Assembly: GCA_045652425.1 (NCBI GenBank)
Contig: JAZRUG010000035.1
Coordinates: 1,853 to 65,852 of the forward strand
Reading direction: 5' to 3'
Origin: Eubacteriales bacterium
GTDB taxonomy: Bacteria; Bacillota; Clostridia; Oscillospirales; CAG-272
Length of the DNA: 64,000 nucleotides
Shown: in pieces, positions 1-9,040 of the stretch
Position numbering within the stretch: the stretch's first letter is position 1
Layout of the letters: each line of letters starts with the position of its first letter
Made by a program: the position numbers and the translations under genes
Notes under the pieces: generated by a model
Seen by the model: the letters and a program-made list of their open reading frames with translations, nothing else
Told to the model about the DNA's origin: nothing
Databases searched by the model: none

Positions 1-383
1 AACGTTATCTTTTCAAAATCCGTTGCAGTATTGTGCAAAAACGTACGAAACTGCTTTTTCATACCTATAGGTGAACAGCCGCCGTGTACATATCCCGTAA
101 GTGGTAAGAGGTCCTTTTGTTTTATCATCTCTATAGACTTAACACCCGCTGCTTTTGCAGCTTTTTTTAAATCAAGCGAACAGTTTACCGGAACTACGAA
201 AACATAATAAGTTTTGGTATTGGCTACTGTTACAAGTGTTTTAAATGTTGATTCCGCGGGTTTGCCAACAAGTGCCGCGACGTTTTCGCCTATCGTCTCA
301 TCGGGGTTATATTCATAAGCGTTATATTCAATTTTCTTCTGCAACAAAATTCGCATTACGTTTGTCTTTTCCATTGTTTGCAT
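1..383 (-). CDS. ybaK: Cys-tRNA(Pro)/Cys-tRNA(Cys) deacylase, YbaK/EbsC family; N-terminal part only, the gene runs off the left edge
   Basis: Hand translation of the minus strand from ATG at 383 (alternative ATG at 374) gives MQTMEKTNVMRILLQKKIEYNAYEY...TFKTLVTVANTKTYYVFVVPVNCSLDLKKAAKAAGVKSIEMIKQKDLLPLTGYVHGGCSPIGMKK. This is the YbaK-type trans-editing domain pattern (HGGCSPIG). It is absent from the ORF track because the window edge truncates it. Confidence 0.75.
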   Translation of the reverse strand, partial: MQTMEKTNVMRILLQKKIEYNAYEYNPDETIGENVAALVGKPAESTFKTLVTVANTKTYYVFVVPVNCSLDLKKAAKAAGVKSIEMIKQKDLLPLTGYVHGGCSPIGMKKQFRTFLHNTATDFEKIT

Positions 384-417
384 TCTCTCTGTTTAATTAT
401 TAAAGTTTTTTTTGAAA

Positions 418-1155
418 TTAAATCACCATACCGCCGTTTGATGCAATAACCTGACCTGTAATATTCTTCGCCTTATCCGATGCAAGAAACAAAGCCAAAT
501 CGGCAATATCTTGCGGTGTACCAAATCGATTCAAGGGTATTTCTTCTTTTATCATATCAAGCTCTTCGTTTGAAAAACCTTTCATCATATCGGTCATAAT
601 AACACCGGGGGCTATGCAATTTACTCGGATTCCCGACAGTCCCATTTCTTTTGCAAGGGCTTTCGTCATACCGATAACGCCTGCCTTTACTGCCGAATAA
701 TGTACTTCGCAAGATGCTCCGGTTTGTCCCCACATCGACGAAATATTGATTATATTTCCGCTATGTTGTTTTATCATTTCTTTTATGGCGTTTTGCGTAC
801 AATTAAATACCCCCGTGAGGTTTGTATGTACCATATTATTCCATTCATCAGGGGTTATATCGGTAAAGAGCTTTATTTGACTAATACCCGCATTATTTAC
901 CAAAACGTCAATATTTCCGTATTTTTCTATACAAAAATCAATAAGAGCTTTTGATTCGATGTGGTTGCCGATGTCGGCTTTAAATGTTTCACAATTAAAG
1001 CCGTTTTCGGTTAATTCTTTTTTGAGTTCAAGGGCTTTTTCTTCGCTTTTGCTGTAGTTTATTACGACGTTATATCCATTTTCGGCAAAAGTCTTTGCAA
1101 TACATCTGCCGATTCCTCTTGAGGCGCCCGTAACTATAGCGGTTAAGTTTTTCAT
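418..1155 (-). CDS. Classical short-chain dehydrogenase/reductase, FabG-like 3-oxoacyl-ACP reductase pattern
   Basis: 245-aa ORF with TGASRGIG Rossmann motif, NNAG, and the catalytic YSAVK (Y-x3-K). No fab genes are adjacent, so the substrate is unassigned. Confidence 0.85.
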   Translation of the reverse strand: MKNLTAIVTGASRGIGRCIAKTFAENGYNVVINYSKSEEKALELKKELTENGFNCETFKADIGNHIESKALIDFCIEKYGNIDVLVNNAGISQIKLFTDITPDEWNNMVHTNLTGVFNCTQNAIKEMIKQHSGNIINISSMWGQTGASCEVHYSAVKAGVIGMTKALAKEMGLSGIRVNCIAPGVIMTDMMKGFSNEELDMIKEEIPLNRFGTPQDIADLALFLASDKAKNITGQVIASNGGMVI

Positions 1156-1171
1156 ACTTTTCTCCTATTTA

Positions 1172-1690
1172 CTAAAGAGGTTTCTTGTAAACCTTTTCAA
1201 AAATCTCTTTCTTAACTTTTGCAGTATCAAACAACTGTCCATTTTTGTGATACATAATTCTTAACGGTATTCTTTTACCTGACTCTTGAAAATTCGGTTG
1301 GTCATAACATATATCTGTCAAAACAAAGCCTAATCGCTTATAAAAGCCTATTCTTCTCTGTGAAATACTGTCTGAAAGATTTTCAACTTCAAGAACTAGC
1401 GGTATTCGAATTAAATCTAAATATTTTTTTAAAAATTCAGAGCCTATCCCGCGGTTGCGCATTTGTTTTGATACTGCAAGGTGTTCGGCAAAGTAAAAAC
1501 CGTCCAGTTTCCACGTCGCAATAAAGGCGCATATTTCGTTGTTGTCCGTTAAAACGTACGCGTTGTAATTTGAATCGTCAAGTATTGCGTACTGTTTTTC
1601 TTTCGGTCTGTATTCTTCGGGAGGGAAAGCTTCTTGCATCAGTTCAAAAAAACTTTCAAAATCTTTCTTTTCTAATTTTGTTATATTCAA
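1172..1690 (-). CDS. GNAT family N-acetyltransferase
   Basis: 172-aa ORF with the acetyl-CoA binding motif QMRNRGIGSEFLK (R-x-x-G-x-G). Confidence 0.8.
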   Translation of the reverse strand: MNITKLEKKDFESFFELMQEAFPPEEYRPKEKQYAILDDSNYNAYVLTDNNEICAFIATWKLDGFYFAEHLAVSKQMRNRGIGSEFLKKYLDLIRIPLVLEVENLSDSISQRRIGFYKRLGFVLTDICYDQPNFQESGKRIPLRIMYHKNGQLFDTAKVKKEIFEKVYKKPL

Positions 1691-1728
1691 AATGGTGTTT
1701 CCTTTGTTTGATTGTATTTGTAATTATA

Positions 1729-2775
1729 TTATACCAAGAAAATCGAGGCTATCGTTAATGCTACGGTTATTGTGATAAATAGGACTATACCTATATTCAT
1801 ATAAACAGTATTGGCAACCTCAAGGGATGGAAGCTGTGAGTCTGCAACTGTCCAGCTTATGTTCTTTTTCTTGATAATATACAGTACAAATCCTGCAACC
1901 GACAAGCCGAAGCTGACGGCATAATATGCAAGGAGCATCATTATGCCCGGCATTATCGGCATCATTATTTCCATCAGTTCTTCTGCCGGTACGCTGTTTG
2001 GATCCATTGTTGATAATTTTTCTATCGTGTCCATATCGATTTTTGATATTATATAAGGAGCAACAACAGAACCGCAGAAGTTTATTATTCCATGAATTAA
2101 AACGGGATAACGCAGTTTACCTGTGCGTACATATACGTAAGCGAACAATACTCCTACCAAAAACGCGTAAAAGAATTGGAACATATTTGTGTGGAAAAGG
2201 CCAAAGAGGAGTCCCGATAAAATTACGGCAGTCTTTTCGCCGTATATTTTTGTTCTGTCGATAATCTGTTTTCTAAAAATATATTCTTCGAGCAGTGGGG
2301 CTAAAATAACCATAACTAATATTTTTAGAGGGTTAGTGTCCATTGCAAACGTATCCAGGGCGTTTTCTGCAGTTCCTTGCGAAAGAAACATTGACAAAAA
2401 TACGCCGATGTAGTTACCTATGTTCATCAAAAAGAATGCAATACATACGTAAATAATAAAGCATCCTGCCGTTATATCCTTCTTTTCGGGGGTGTTATGT
2501 GGAATGGAACGCAGCATAAGCAAACCCGCAGGAAAAGCAAAAACGTACATTGGGACCATTGATGTTAGCCACATTCCCGCAGAAGTTTCGAGAAATGCTT
2601 CTTTTTTTAATAAAACTAAAACAACAGATATGGCTATCTGTGTTATATATACAACGAGAATCATCGTACATAAGGCAAGACCTATTTTGGAAAAAACTTT
2701 TTTGGCTTTCTTCAGGTCAACTTGTCTTTCGTTGTTTTGTTGCTCTGTATTAAAATCGTTGTTAAAATAGTTCAT
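1729..2775 (-). CDS. CPBP (CAAX) family intramembrane metalloprotease
   Basis: 348-aa polytopic membrane ORF with EEYIFRKQ (EExxxR), FGLFH and HGIINF motifs. Confidence 0.8.
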   Translation of the reverse strand: MNYFNNDFNTEQQNNERQVDLKKAKKVFSKIGLALCTMILVVYITQIAISVVLVLLKKEAFLETSAGMWLTSMVPMYVFAFPAGLLMLRSIPHNTPEKKDITAGCFIIYVCIAFFLMNIGNYIGVFLSMFLSQGTAENALDTFAMDTNPLKILVMVILAPLLEEYIFRKQIIDRTKIYGEKTAVILSGLLFGLFHTNMFQFFYAFLVGVLFAYVYVRTGKLRYPVLIHGIINFCGSVVAPYIISKIDMDTIEKLSTMDPNSVPAEELMEIMMPIMPGIMMLLAYYAVSFGLSVAGFVLYIIKKKNISWTVADSQLPSLEVANTVYMNIGIVLFITITVALTIASIFLV

Positions 2776-2801
2776 AATAAACTCCGTTTTTTTGAAATAA
2801 A

Positions 2802-3554
2802 TTAATCTTCAAATACCTTTTTTATGCCTAATGCAGTTAGCTTGTTGTTATATTCAATAATTCTTTCGGGCAGATAGTCCTCTACTTTGTGACCGTCAAA
2901 ACCGATGCTTAACCTTACACCAGACCTTTTTACAATTTCCTGTTGCTCTTTATTGTTGAAAAACTCGAGGAAATATTGATGTTCACGATAGCGGTGAGTG
3001 CTGTCAAACGTTATATTCATTTCCCAGAATATGTTTTGTTCAGCCATTCTTTTAAAGTATTTTAAAGGCTCTTCGCCTCTTTCTTTTATGAATGCAAACA
3101 GGTTTGTGTGCGCAACGCCGACCTTCGCGCATCCGCAACGTTCAGCGTACTTAAAAAGGTCACCTCGGGTTATTGAACCTTCATAATTCAGATGCTCGAT
3201 GAGACAGTAGTCAAAATATGAAATATCTTCGTTTTCGGGAAGAACTATTTTTAAGGGATTAAGGGTGTTTGTTGCCAGTTCGATTCCGCGAAGAAGGGTT
3301 ATCTTGTCGGCATATTTTTCCTTGAGCAAAGTTAAGTGGTCAAAATATTTTCTTAAAGAATAAGGATTATATTCGTTGGGGACAACGTCGGGGGAGGCTG
3401 CTCTTGCCGCTTTGTTTCCAAATCCTATGCCGTTATTGTGGTCGGTTATTCCAAAAAGCTCTATGCCGCCGTCAATTGCGGCCTTTATAAGTGTTTCGGG
3501 ATTATCCCGTCCACACAGAGAATAGTACGAGTGTGAATGAAGGTCTTGTATCAT
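2802..3554 (-). CDS. PHP-domain metal-dependent phosphoesterase (histidinol-phosphatase-like family)
   Basis: 250-aa ORF that starts MIQDLHSHSYYS (HxH) and contains GITDHN, the PHP metal ligands. Confidence 0.75.
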   Translation of the reverse strand: MIQDLHSHSYYSLCGRDNPETLIKAAIDGGIELFGITDHNNGIGFGNKAARAASPDVVPNEYNPYSLRKYFDHLTLLKEKYADKITLLRGIELATNTLNPLKIVLPENEDISYFDYCLIEHLNYEGSITRGDLFKYAERCGCAKVGVAHTNLFAFIKERGEEPLKYFKRMAEQNIFWEMNITFDSTHRYREHQYFLEFFNNKEQQEIVKRSGVRLSIGFDGHKVEDYLPERIIEYNNKLTALGIKKVFED

Positions 3555-3581
3555 TTTTTATCCTTTCGTTTGGCAGTCTTC

Positions 3582-4070
3582 TTAAAGCTGACCTATATAT
3601 TCGTCGGCTTCTTCTCTTGATTTGAAAATGATAATATTTTTATCCTTGCCATAATTTTCTATGGATTTGTATATTTTCGGTAGCTGTTCTTTGGGGAAAT
3701 CCAATATCCATTGTTTGAATTCTTCGTCAAATACTTCTTCTATCCAGGGCATATCCGGTCTTTCTTTGCCGATTCGTTCTTCTGCGCCCTTTAAACACAA
3801 CTCAATCGGGAAGTCAAGCAGAAAAACGGTGTCGCAATTTCTTATCCTTGTTTCGCAGGTTCGAGAATAGTTGCCGTCGATTATCCATTCATCTGAAGAC
3901 ATTATATTCTGAAGCTTTTCGTCAAACTCTTCTCTTGTTATAGTAGTTCTGTCGGGTTTGTGCCATATCATATCAAGGTGATATAAAGGTAATTCTGTAA
4001 CAGCTTGAAGCTTTCTTGCAAAGGTGGTTTTACCCGCGCCCGGACTGCCGATTATTATTACTTTTTTCAT
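3582..4070 (-). CDS. P-loop NTPase, adenylate-kinase-related / topology-modulation-protein-like
   Basis: Walker A motif GSPGAGKTT directly after MKKVIIIG. I moved the start to ATG 4070; the longer ORF to 4208 overlaps the upstream gene and encodes Arg/Cys-rich sequence unlike a real N-terminus. Confidence 0.7.
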   Translation of the reverse strand: MKKVIIIGSPGAGKTTFARKLQAVTELPLYHLDMIWHKPDRTTITREEFDEKLQNIMSSDEWIIDGNYSRTCETRIRNCDTVFLLDFPIELCLKGAEERIGKERPDMPWIEEVFDEEFKQWILDFPKEQLPKIYKSIENYGKDKNIIIFKSREEADEYIGQL

Positions 4071-4078
4071 ATAAGCTT

Positions 4079-4747
4079 TCAGCCTCTTTTTTTTATAACC
4101 TTTGCAGGTGTACCTACTGCAACGGAGTAAGGCGGAATCGGATGTACAACCGTTGAGCCTGCGCCTATAACAGAGCCTTCGCCTATGTTGCCTGAATACA
4201 TTATACATACGCCCATACCTATGTATACATCTCTGCCTATGGTTACCTTTTCGCAGTGTCCGCCCTGTTTTATAATAACTGTGTCGGGATCATCATAAAT
4301 GTGTGAATATGGCGTTAGGGTTATATTCTGCGCCATAAGCACGTACTCGCCTATTTCAAGTCCTACGTGACCGAAGAGGGTAGTGCCTGTTCCTATATAG
4401 GTTTCGTCTCCTATATGTATATATCCTGTTTTTCTTTCGGTGTCGAGGTATACTCTCTGTTGAATACGCACGTGGTTTCCTATCGTAATTTCACTTCCCG
4501 CGCGTGCAATTATCGTTGTGTCGTCGCCGATTACAACGTTGTCGCCGATAGAAATAAGCTCGGGATTAACAATCTTTACTCCCGCACCGATGCGAACGTT
4601 ATCGCCCATGTGCTTTAATACAGATTTATAATACTCTTGTCTTTTTATTCTTGCATATTCCGACGTGTCATTTAAAAATACCGTCTTGTAAAAGCTTTCT
4701 TTTGCATCTTCCGGCATATTTTCAAATGCTTCGGTGAAAAAATTCAT
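4079..4747 (-). CDS. Hexapeptide-repeat (left-handed beta-helix) acyl/acetyltransferase
   Basis: 222-aa ORF with repeated [LIV]-G-x4 units (IGDNVVIGDDTTI, IGRDVYIGMGVCI, IGEGSVIGAGSTV). Confidence 0.8.
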   Translation of the reverse strand: MNFFTEAFENMPEDAKESFYKTVFLNDTSEYARIKRQEYYKSVLKHMGDNVRIGAGVKIVNPELISIGDNVVIGDDTTIIARAGSEITIGNHVRIQQRVYLDTERKTGYIHIGDETYIGTGTTLFGHVGLEIGEYVLMAQNITLTPYSHIYDDPDTVIIKQGGHCEKVTIGRDVYIGMGVCIMYSGNIGEGSVIGAGSTVVHPIPPYSVAVGTPAKVIKKRG

Positions 4748-4769
4748 AAGTTTACCTCTTTTTTGTGGA

Positions 4770-4994
4770 TTATCGCTTTGCTTTTTTGCTGTTCTTTGCT
4801 TTTTCTATATCTTCTCGGTCTATCCATTCTTCCGTAAATCCGCAGGTACAGCAAATGTATCTGTTTACGTTTATCGCCGAAAATATTGTATTGCCTACCA
4901 TTAAGTTATTGCCTGAACCGTAGGGGCCCGAGTAGCCGTCGAATCTTATTATATCGGTACTGCCGCATTTGGGGCATATTTTTGTGTTTTTCAT
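4770..4994 (-). CDS. Small zinc-ribbon protein, function unknown
   Basis: 74-aa ORF with two Cys pairs (CPKCG ... CCTCG) and a Lys-rich tail. It is compactly spaced in the same-strand gene run. Confidence 0.55.
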   Translation of the reverse strand: MKNTKICPKCGSTDIIRFDGYSGPYGSGNNLMVGNTIFSAINVNRYICCTCGFTEEWIDREDIEKAKNSKKAKR

Positions 4995-5017
4995 AAACGT
5001 GACCTCTTTTTTGAATT

Positions 5018-6367
5018 TTATTCTGTGGGGTTCGTATTGCGCCAGAGTCGTACGATGTTTTCTATATGCCCTGTGCGAGGAAACATATCAAAGGGGGTAG
5101 CTTCTTCGCAGGTGTATCCTAATTCTTTAAACCATTTTATATCTCTTGCTAACGTGTCTGGAGAACAAGATACATATACTATATTTTCTACGCCGCTTTC
5201 GGCTATCTTGTTTGCAAGTTCTTCCGTTATGCCTTTTCTCGGCGGGTCGAGAATAACAACGTCGCTGTTTTTTAGTATTCCGTTTTGTGTATCCGTACTG
5301 TCGGCACATATAAATTCTGCATTTTCGATATTATTTATTTGTGCGTTTATCTTTGCGTTTTCAATAGCTTCGGGAACTATTTCCACACCTGTCAGTTTGC
5401 AGTCTTTAAGTCTGCCTGCTACACACAGTCCTATGGTGCCTGTACCGCAGTAGAGGTCGGTTACTCTGTCGCATTTAGCCTTTGTTACAAGCTCGTACAC
5501 TTTATTATAAAGCAACTCTGCACAATCGTGGTTGACTTGATAGAATGAGGCGGGAGATATTCTGAACTTAAATCCGCACAGCTCGTCCTCTATATAGTCT
5601 TTGCCGAAGAGGGTTACGTACTTTTCGCCGAGAATAACGTTGGTGTTTTTTGTGTTTACGTTAATGCAGATACTTACTATATCTTTTATCTTTGTTAACT
5701 CGTTAATGAGCGCATCGGAATGGGGAAGTGTATTGCCGTTTATAACGAGGCATACCTGTATTTCGCCGGTAACTCTACCTTGACGGATATATATATGACG
5801 TAAAAGTCCTTCGCCGTTTTCTTCGTTGTATCCTTTTACGCCGTAATTATCCAAATATTGTTTTACTGTTTTTGTAATCTGACCGAATATTTCGGGCTGC
5901 AGAGAACAATCGGCGTTTTCGCAGACTTCGTGTGTCTTTTCAGCGTAAAAGCCTATTTTGTTTTCTGAATTTACCGGATATTGTGCCTTGTTTCTGTAAC
6001 GCACCGTTGCACCCGCAGATACTACGTCATTAACCTTTATATCAAGTTTAGCCTTTTTGAACTCTGCTTCAACAAAGGATTTTTTCAGTTCAAGCTCGTG
6101 TTCGTACGTTATGTGTCTGAAGCAACAGCCGCCACACCTTTTGTATACGGGGCAGGTCTGTTCCTTTCGGTGCTTTGAGGGGATGATTATTTTCTCAACT
6201 CTGCCTATGCAGTAGTTTTTGTTGACTTTTATAACTTTTACCTCAAGTTCGTCTCCCGTTACTCCGCCTTTTACGAAACATACCATACCGTCTATGCGGC
6301 ACACTCCGTAGCCGAGGTGGTTTATTGTATCTATGTTAACGCTGTATACTTTGTTCTTTATGGGCAT
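5018..6367 (-). CDS. rlmD: 23S rRNA (uracil-5-)-methyltransferase, RumA/RlmD family
   Basis: 449-aa ORF with an N-terminal TRAM-like region, Fe-S Cys cluster CPVYKRCGGCCFRH, SAM motif DLYCGTGTIG and catalytic VSCSPDTLARD. Confidence 0.9.
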   Translation of the reverse strand: MPIKNKVYSVNIDTINHLGYGVCRIDGMVCFVKGGVTGDELEVKVIKVNKNYCIGRVEKIIIPSKHRKEQTCPVYKRCGGCCFRHITYEHELELKKSFVEAEFKKAKLDIKVNDVVSAGATVRYRNKAQYPVNSENKIGFYAEKTHEVCENADCSLQPEIFGQITKTVKQYLDNYGVKGYNEENGEGLLRHIYIRQGRVTGEIQVCLVINGNTLPHSDALINELTKIKDIVSICINVNTKNTNVILGEKYVTLFGKDYIEDELCGFKFRISPASFYQVNHDCAELLYNKVYELVTKAKCDRVTDLYCGTGTIGLCVAGRLKDCKLTGVEIVPEAIENAKINAQINNIENAEFICADSTDTQNGILKNSDVVILDPPRKGITEELANKIAESGVENIVYVSCSPDTLARDIKWFKELGYTCEEATPFDMFPRTGHIENIVRLWRNTNPTE

Positions 6368-6479
6368 ATCATTTATCTCCAGAAATGTTATTCTCTAACA
6401 ATATATAATTCTTCTAAATATATTATATACTAATCCTGTCAAGTTGTAAATACGTATGTAAAAAAATAGAAAAAAGGTG

Positions 6480-6508
6480 TTGACAAAAGGGAAGGGACAT
6501 GCTATAAT
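6480..6508 (+). promoter_or_regulatory. Sigma-A type promoter upstream of rpmG-secE-nusG
   Basis: TTGACA at 6480-6485, a 17-nt spacer, then TATAAT at 6503-6508. Confidence 0.6.
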
Positions 6509-6615
6509 GAATCTACCTCTGCGGAGAGGTCTTTTTTTTGTCGCGTATTTCTTCGTGTGAGGGAGATAAAATTTTAGGAATACGTATGTATTCTGTTATC
6601 GGGAGGTGTCTCTGA

Positions 6616-6777
6616 ATGGCTCAGGGAAATAGAGTTAGAATTACACTGGCATGCAGCGAATGCAAGCAGAGAAACTACGACACTATGAAGAACAAGAAGA
6701 ATGATCCTGACAGACTTGAGATGAACAAGTACTGCCGTTTCTGTCGTAAGCACACTCTTCATAGAGAAACTAAGTAA
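6616..6777 (+). CDS. rpmG: 50S ribosomal protein L33, Zn-binding four-Cys form
   Basis: Hand translation gives [53 protein letters not shown] (53 aa, below the ORF-track cutoff). GGGAGG RBS at 6601-6606. Canonical position before secE-nusG. Confidence 0.95.
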   Translation: MAQGNRVRITLACSECKQRNYDTMKNKKNDPDRLEMNKYCRFCRKHTLHRETK

Positions 6778-6789
6778 GGAGGTAGCATA

Positions 6790-7110
6790 ATGGCAGAGCT
6801 TGAAAAGAATCAGTCCGAAACAACTGTTGAAGTTGCAGAGGAAGTAAAAGAGACCGAAAAGACTGTTGGCAAAAAGGAAAAGTCCAAGAAAGCTACCCCG
6901 AAGAAAAACAAGATCGGTCTCGGTCAAAGAATTTCAAAGTTTTTCAAAGATTACAAGAGCGAACTCAAGAAGATCGTTTGGTTGTCTCCTAAAACTACTT
7001 TCCAATATACAGGTCTTGTACTTGTTATGATGGTAATAGTAAGCGCGTTCATCTTTGCGCTTGACACAGTATTTGGTCAGCTTTTGTTGCTTGTAAGTAA
7101 GTTGGTTTAA
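6790..7110 (+). CDS. secE: Preprotein translocase subunit SecE
   Basis: 106-aa ORF with a Lys/Glu-rich N-terminus and a single C-terminal TM (TGLVLVMMVIVSAFIFALD). It sits between rpmG and nusG. Confidence 0.9.
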   Translation: MAELEKNQSETTVEVAEEVKETEKTVGKKEKSKKATPKKNKIGLGQRISKFFKDYKSELKKIVWLSPKTTFQYTGLVLVMMVIVSAFIFALDTVFGQLLLLVSKLV

Positions 7111-7112
7111 TT

Positions 7113-7655
7113 ATGAGTGATCTTAATGATATCAGCCGTGAGGCGTGTTGGTACGTAGTACACACCTATTCGGGCTATGAAAACAAGGTTAAAGCCAACT
7201 TGGAAAAGATCGTAGAAAACCGTGGACTTCAGCATCTTATTTTCGATTCCATTATCCCTGTTGAAACAGTGAAGGATGGCGAAGAGGAGGATGCAAAGGA
7301 AGTTGAAAATAAAATCTTCCCCAGCTATGTTCTTATTAAGATGATTATGTCTGACGAGAGCTGGCACGTGGTTAGAAATATTCGCGGTGTTACGGGCTTT
7401 GTAGGTCCCGGTTCAAAACCGGTTCCGTTAACTGACGAAGAAGTTGCAAGCATCGGTATTGAAACCGTTGCTAAAACTCTTGATTATAACGTAGGCGACA
7501 GCGTTAAGATTAAGAGCGGTACACTTGTAGGCTTCATCGGAAGAGTAGAAGAAATTTCCGAAGATAAGAAAAAAATCAAGGTTATGGCGACCATTTTCGG
7601 AAGAGAAACGCCTGTTGAGCTTGACTCTGACAGCGTTGAAATTTTAGAGGTTTAA
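7113..7655 (+). CDS. nusG: Transcription termination/antitermination factor NusG
   Basis: 180-aa ORF with an NGN domain (WYVVHTYSGYENKV) and a KOW motif (GDSVKIKSGTLVGFIGRVEEI). Confidence 0.97.
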   Translation: MSDLNDISREACWYVVHTYSGYENKVKANLEKIVENRGLQHLIFDSIIPVETVKDGEEEDAKEVENKIFPSYVLIKMIMSDESWHVVRNIRGVTGFVGPGSKPVPLTDEEVASIGIETVAKTLDYNVGDSVKIKSGTLVGFIGRVEEISEDKKKIKVMATIFGRETPVELDSDSVEILEV

Positions 7656-7777
7656 TTTTAAAAGAAAATCTCGTCCTTTGCTTAACACGTAAAAAATTAC
7701 GTGCATCGTGGGAGGGAGAAAATTTTTACTTTACTTTAATTCTCCCGCATTAGAACCACATTCGGAGGTGTATAGAA

Positions 7778-8203
7778 ATGGCAAAGAAAATTCAAGGTTA
7801 TATCAAACTTCAGATTCCCGCCGGAAAAGCTACCCCTCAGCCCCCTATCGGTCCTGCTTTGGGTCAGTACGGTGTAAGTATTCCTAACTTTACAAAGGAA
7901 TTCAACGAAAGAACAAAGAATGATATGGGTCTCATTATCCCTGTAATTATCACAGTATATGCAGACCGTTCGTTCTCATTCATTACAAAGACTCCCCCCG
8001 CACCCGTTCTTATTAAGAAGGCTTGCGGAATTGAAACAGCATCTGCAGCACCTAACAAGACTAAAGTTGCTAAGCTCACAAAAGAGCAGGTTCAGAAGAT
8101 TGCTGAACAGAAGATGCCCGACCTTAATGCAGCTTCTCTTGAAGCAGCAATGAGCATGATCGCCGGTACTGCACGCAGTATGGGTATCACAGTTGAGGAA
8201 TAA
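7778..8203 (+). CDS. rplK: 50S ribosomal protein L11
   Basis: 141-aa ORF starting [30 protein letters not shown]. Confidence 0.98.
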   Translation: MAKKIQGYIKLQIPAGKATPQPPIGPALGQYGVSIPNFTKEFNERTKNDMGLIIPVIITVYADRSFSFITKTPPAPVLIKKACGIETASAAPNKTKVAKLTKEQVQKIAEQKMPDLNAASLEAAMSMIAGTARSMGITVEE

Positions 8204-8217
8204 GGAGGGTTTTTACA

Positions 8218-8910
8218 ATGAAAATGGGAAAGAAATATAGCGACAGCACAAAGCTGCTCGAAAGAACAAAGCTTTATGATGCAAACGAAGCAATTTCTCT
8301 CGTTTGCCAGACAGCAAAAGCAAAATTTGATGAAACAATCGAACTTCACATCCGTCTCGGTGTTGACTCTCGTCATGCTGACCAGCAGGTAAGAGGCGCA
8401 ATCGTTCTCCCCAACGGTACAGGTAAGACTGTTAAGGTTCTTGTATTTGCTAAGGGCGACAAGGTTCAGGCTGCTCTCGATGCAGGCGCTGACTATGCAG
8501 GTGCTGAAGAATACGTAGAAAAGATTCAGAAAGAAAACTGGTTCGACTTCGACGTTATCATAGCTTCTCCCGATATGATGGGCTTGGTAGGTCGTCTCGG
8601 TAAGGTACTCGGTCCTAAGGGACTTATGCCTAACCCCAAGGCCGGAACAGTTACTCCCGACGTTGCTAAGGCTGTTAAAGAAGCTAAGGCAGGTAAGATT
8701 GAATATCGTCTTGATAAGACAAACATTATTCACTGCCCCATCGGTAAGGCTTCCTTCGGAGCTGAAAAGCTTCAGGAAAACTTTGATGCTCTCGTTGGCG
8801 CTGTTATCAAGGCTAGACCTGCAGCTGCTAAAGGTCAGTACATTAAGAGCTGCGTTATCGCATCTACAATGGGCCCCGGCATCAAGATTAACTACGCTAA
8901 ACTCGGTTAA
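8218..8910 (+). CDS. rplA: 50S ribosomal protein L1
   Basis: 230-aa ORF immediately after rplK, with typical L1 sequence (GKKY...EAI...[16 protein letters not shown]). Confidence 0.98.
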   Translation: MKMGKKYSDSTKLLERTKLYDANEAISLVCQTAKAKFDETIELHIRLGVDSRHADQQVRGAIVLPNGTGKTVKVLVFAKGDKVQAALDAGADYAGAEEYVEKIQKENWFDFDVIIASPDMMGLVGRLGKVLGPKGLMPNPKAGTVTPDVAKAVKEAKAGKIEYRLDKTNIIHCPIGKASFGAEKLQENFDALVGAVIKARPAAAKGQYIKSCVIASTMGPGIKINYAKLG

Positions 8911-8926
8911 TTTTAACTGAAAAATA

Positions 8927-8959
8927 AAAGGTATACGATTTCGTATACCTTTATTTTTT
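8927..8959 (+). terminator. Intrinsic terminator after rplA
   Basis: 12-bp stem AAAGGTATACGA/TCGTATACCTTT followed by ATTTTTT. Confidence 0.8.
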
Positions 8960-8974
8960 GTAAAATAGTCAGGA

Positions 8975-9001
8975 GGATATGGGGTGCCATATCCTTTTTT
9001 G
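8975..9001 (+). terminator. Second hairpin plus T-run after rplA
   Basis: GGATATGG-GGTG-CCATATCC followed by TTTTTT. Confidence 0.65.
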
Positions 9002-9005
9002 ATTG

Positions 9006-9038
9006 AAAAATAGAATACTCGGGCAACGCCCGAGTATT
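9006..9038 (-). terminator. Intrinsic terminator of the GH30 gene
   Basis: Stem AATACTCGGG/CCCGAGTATT. On the minus strand it is followed by CTATTTTT. Confidence 0.7.
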
Positions 9039-9040
9039 AT

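Noticed and set aside
6574-6927. 117-aa minus-strand ORF
   Set aside because: It is antisense to rpmG and secE and has no independent support.
8092-8733. 213-aa minus-strand ORF
   Set aside because: It is antisense to rplK/rplA, which are unambiguous ribosomal protein genes. It has no RBS and a low-complexity composition.
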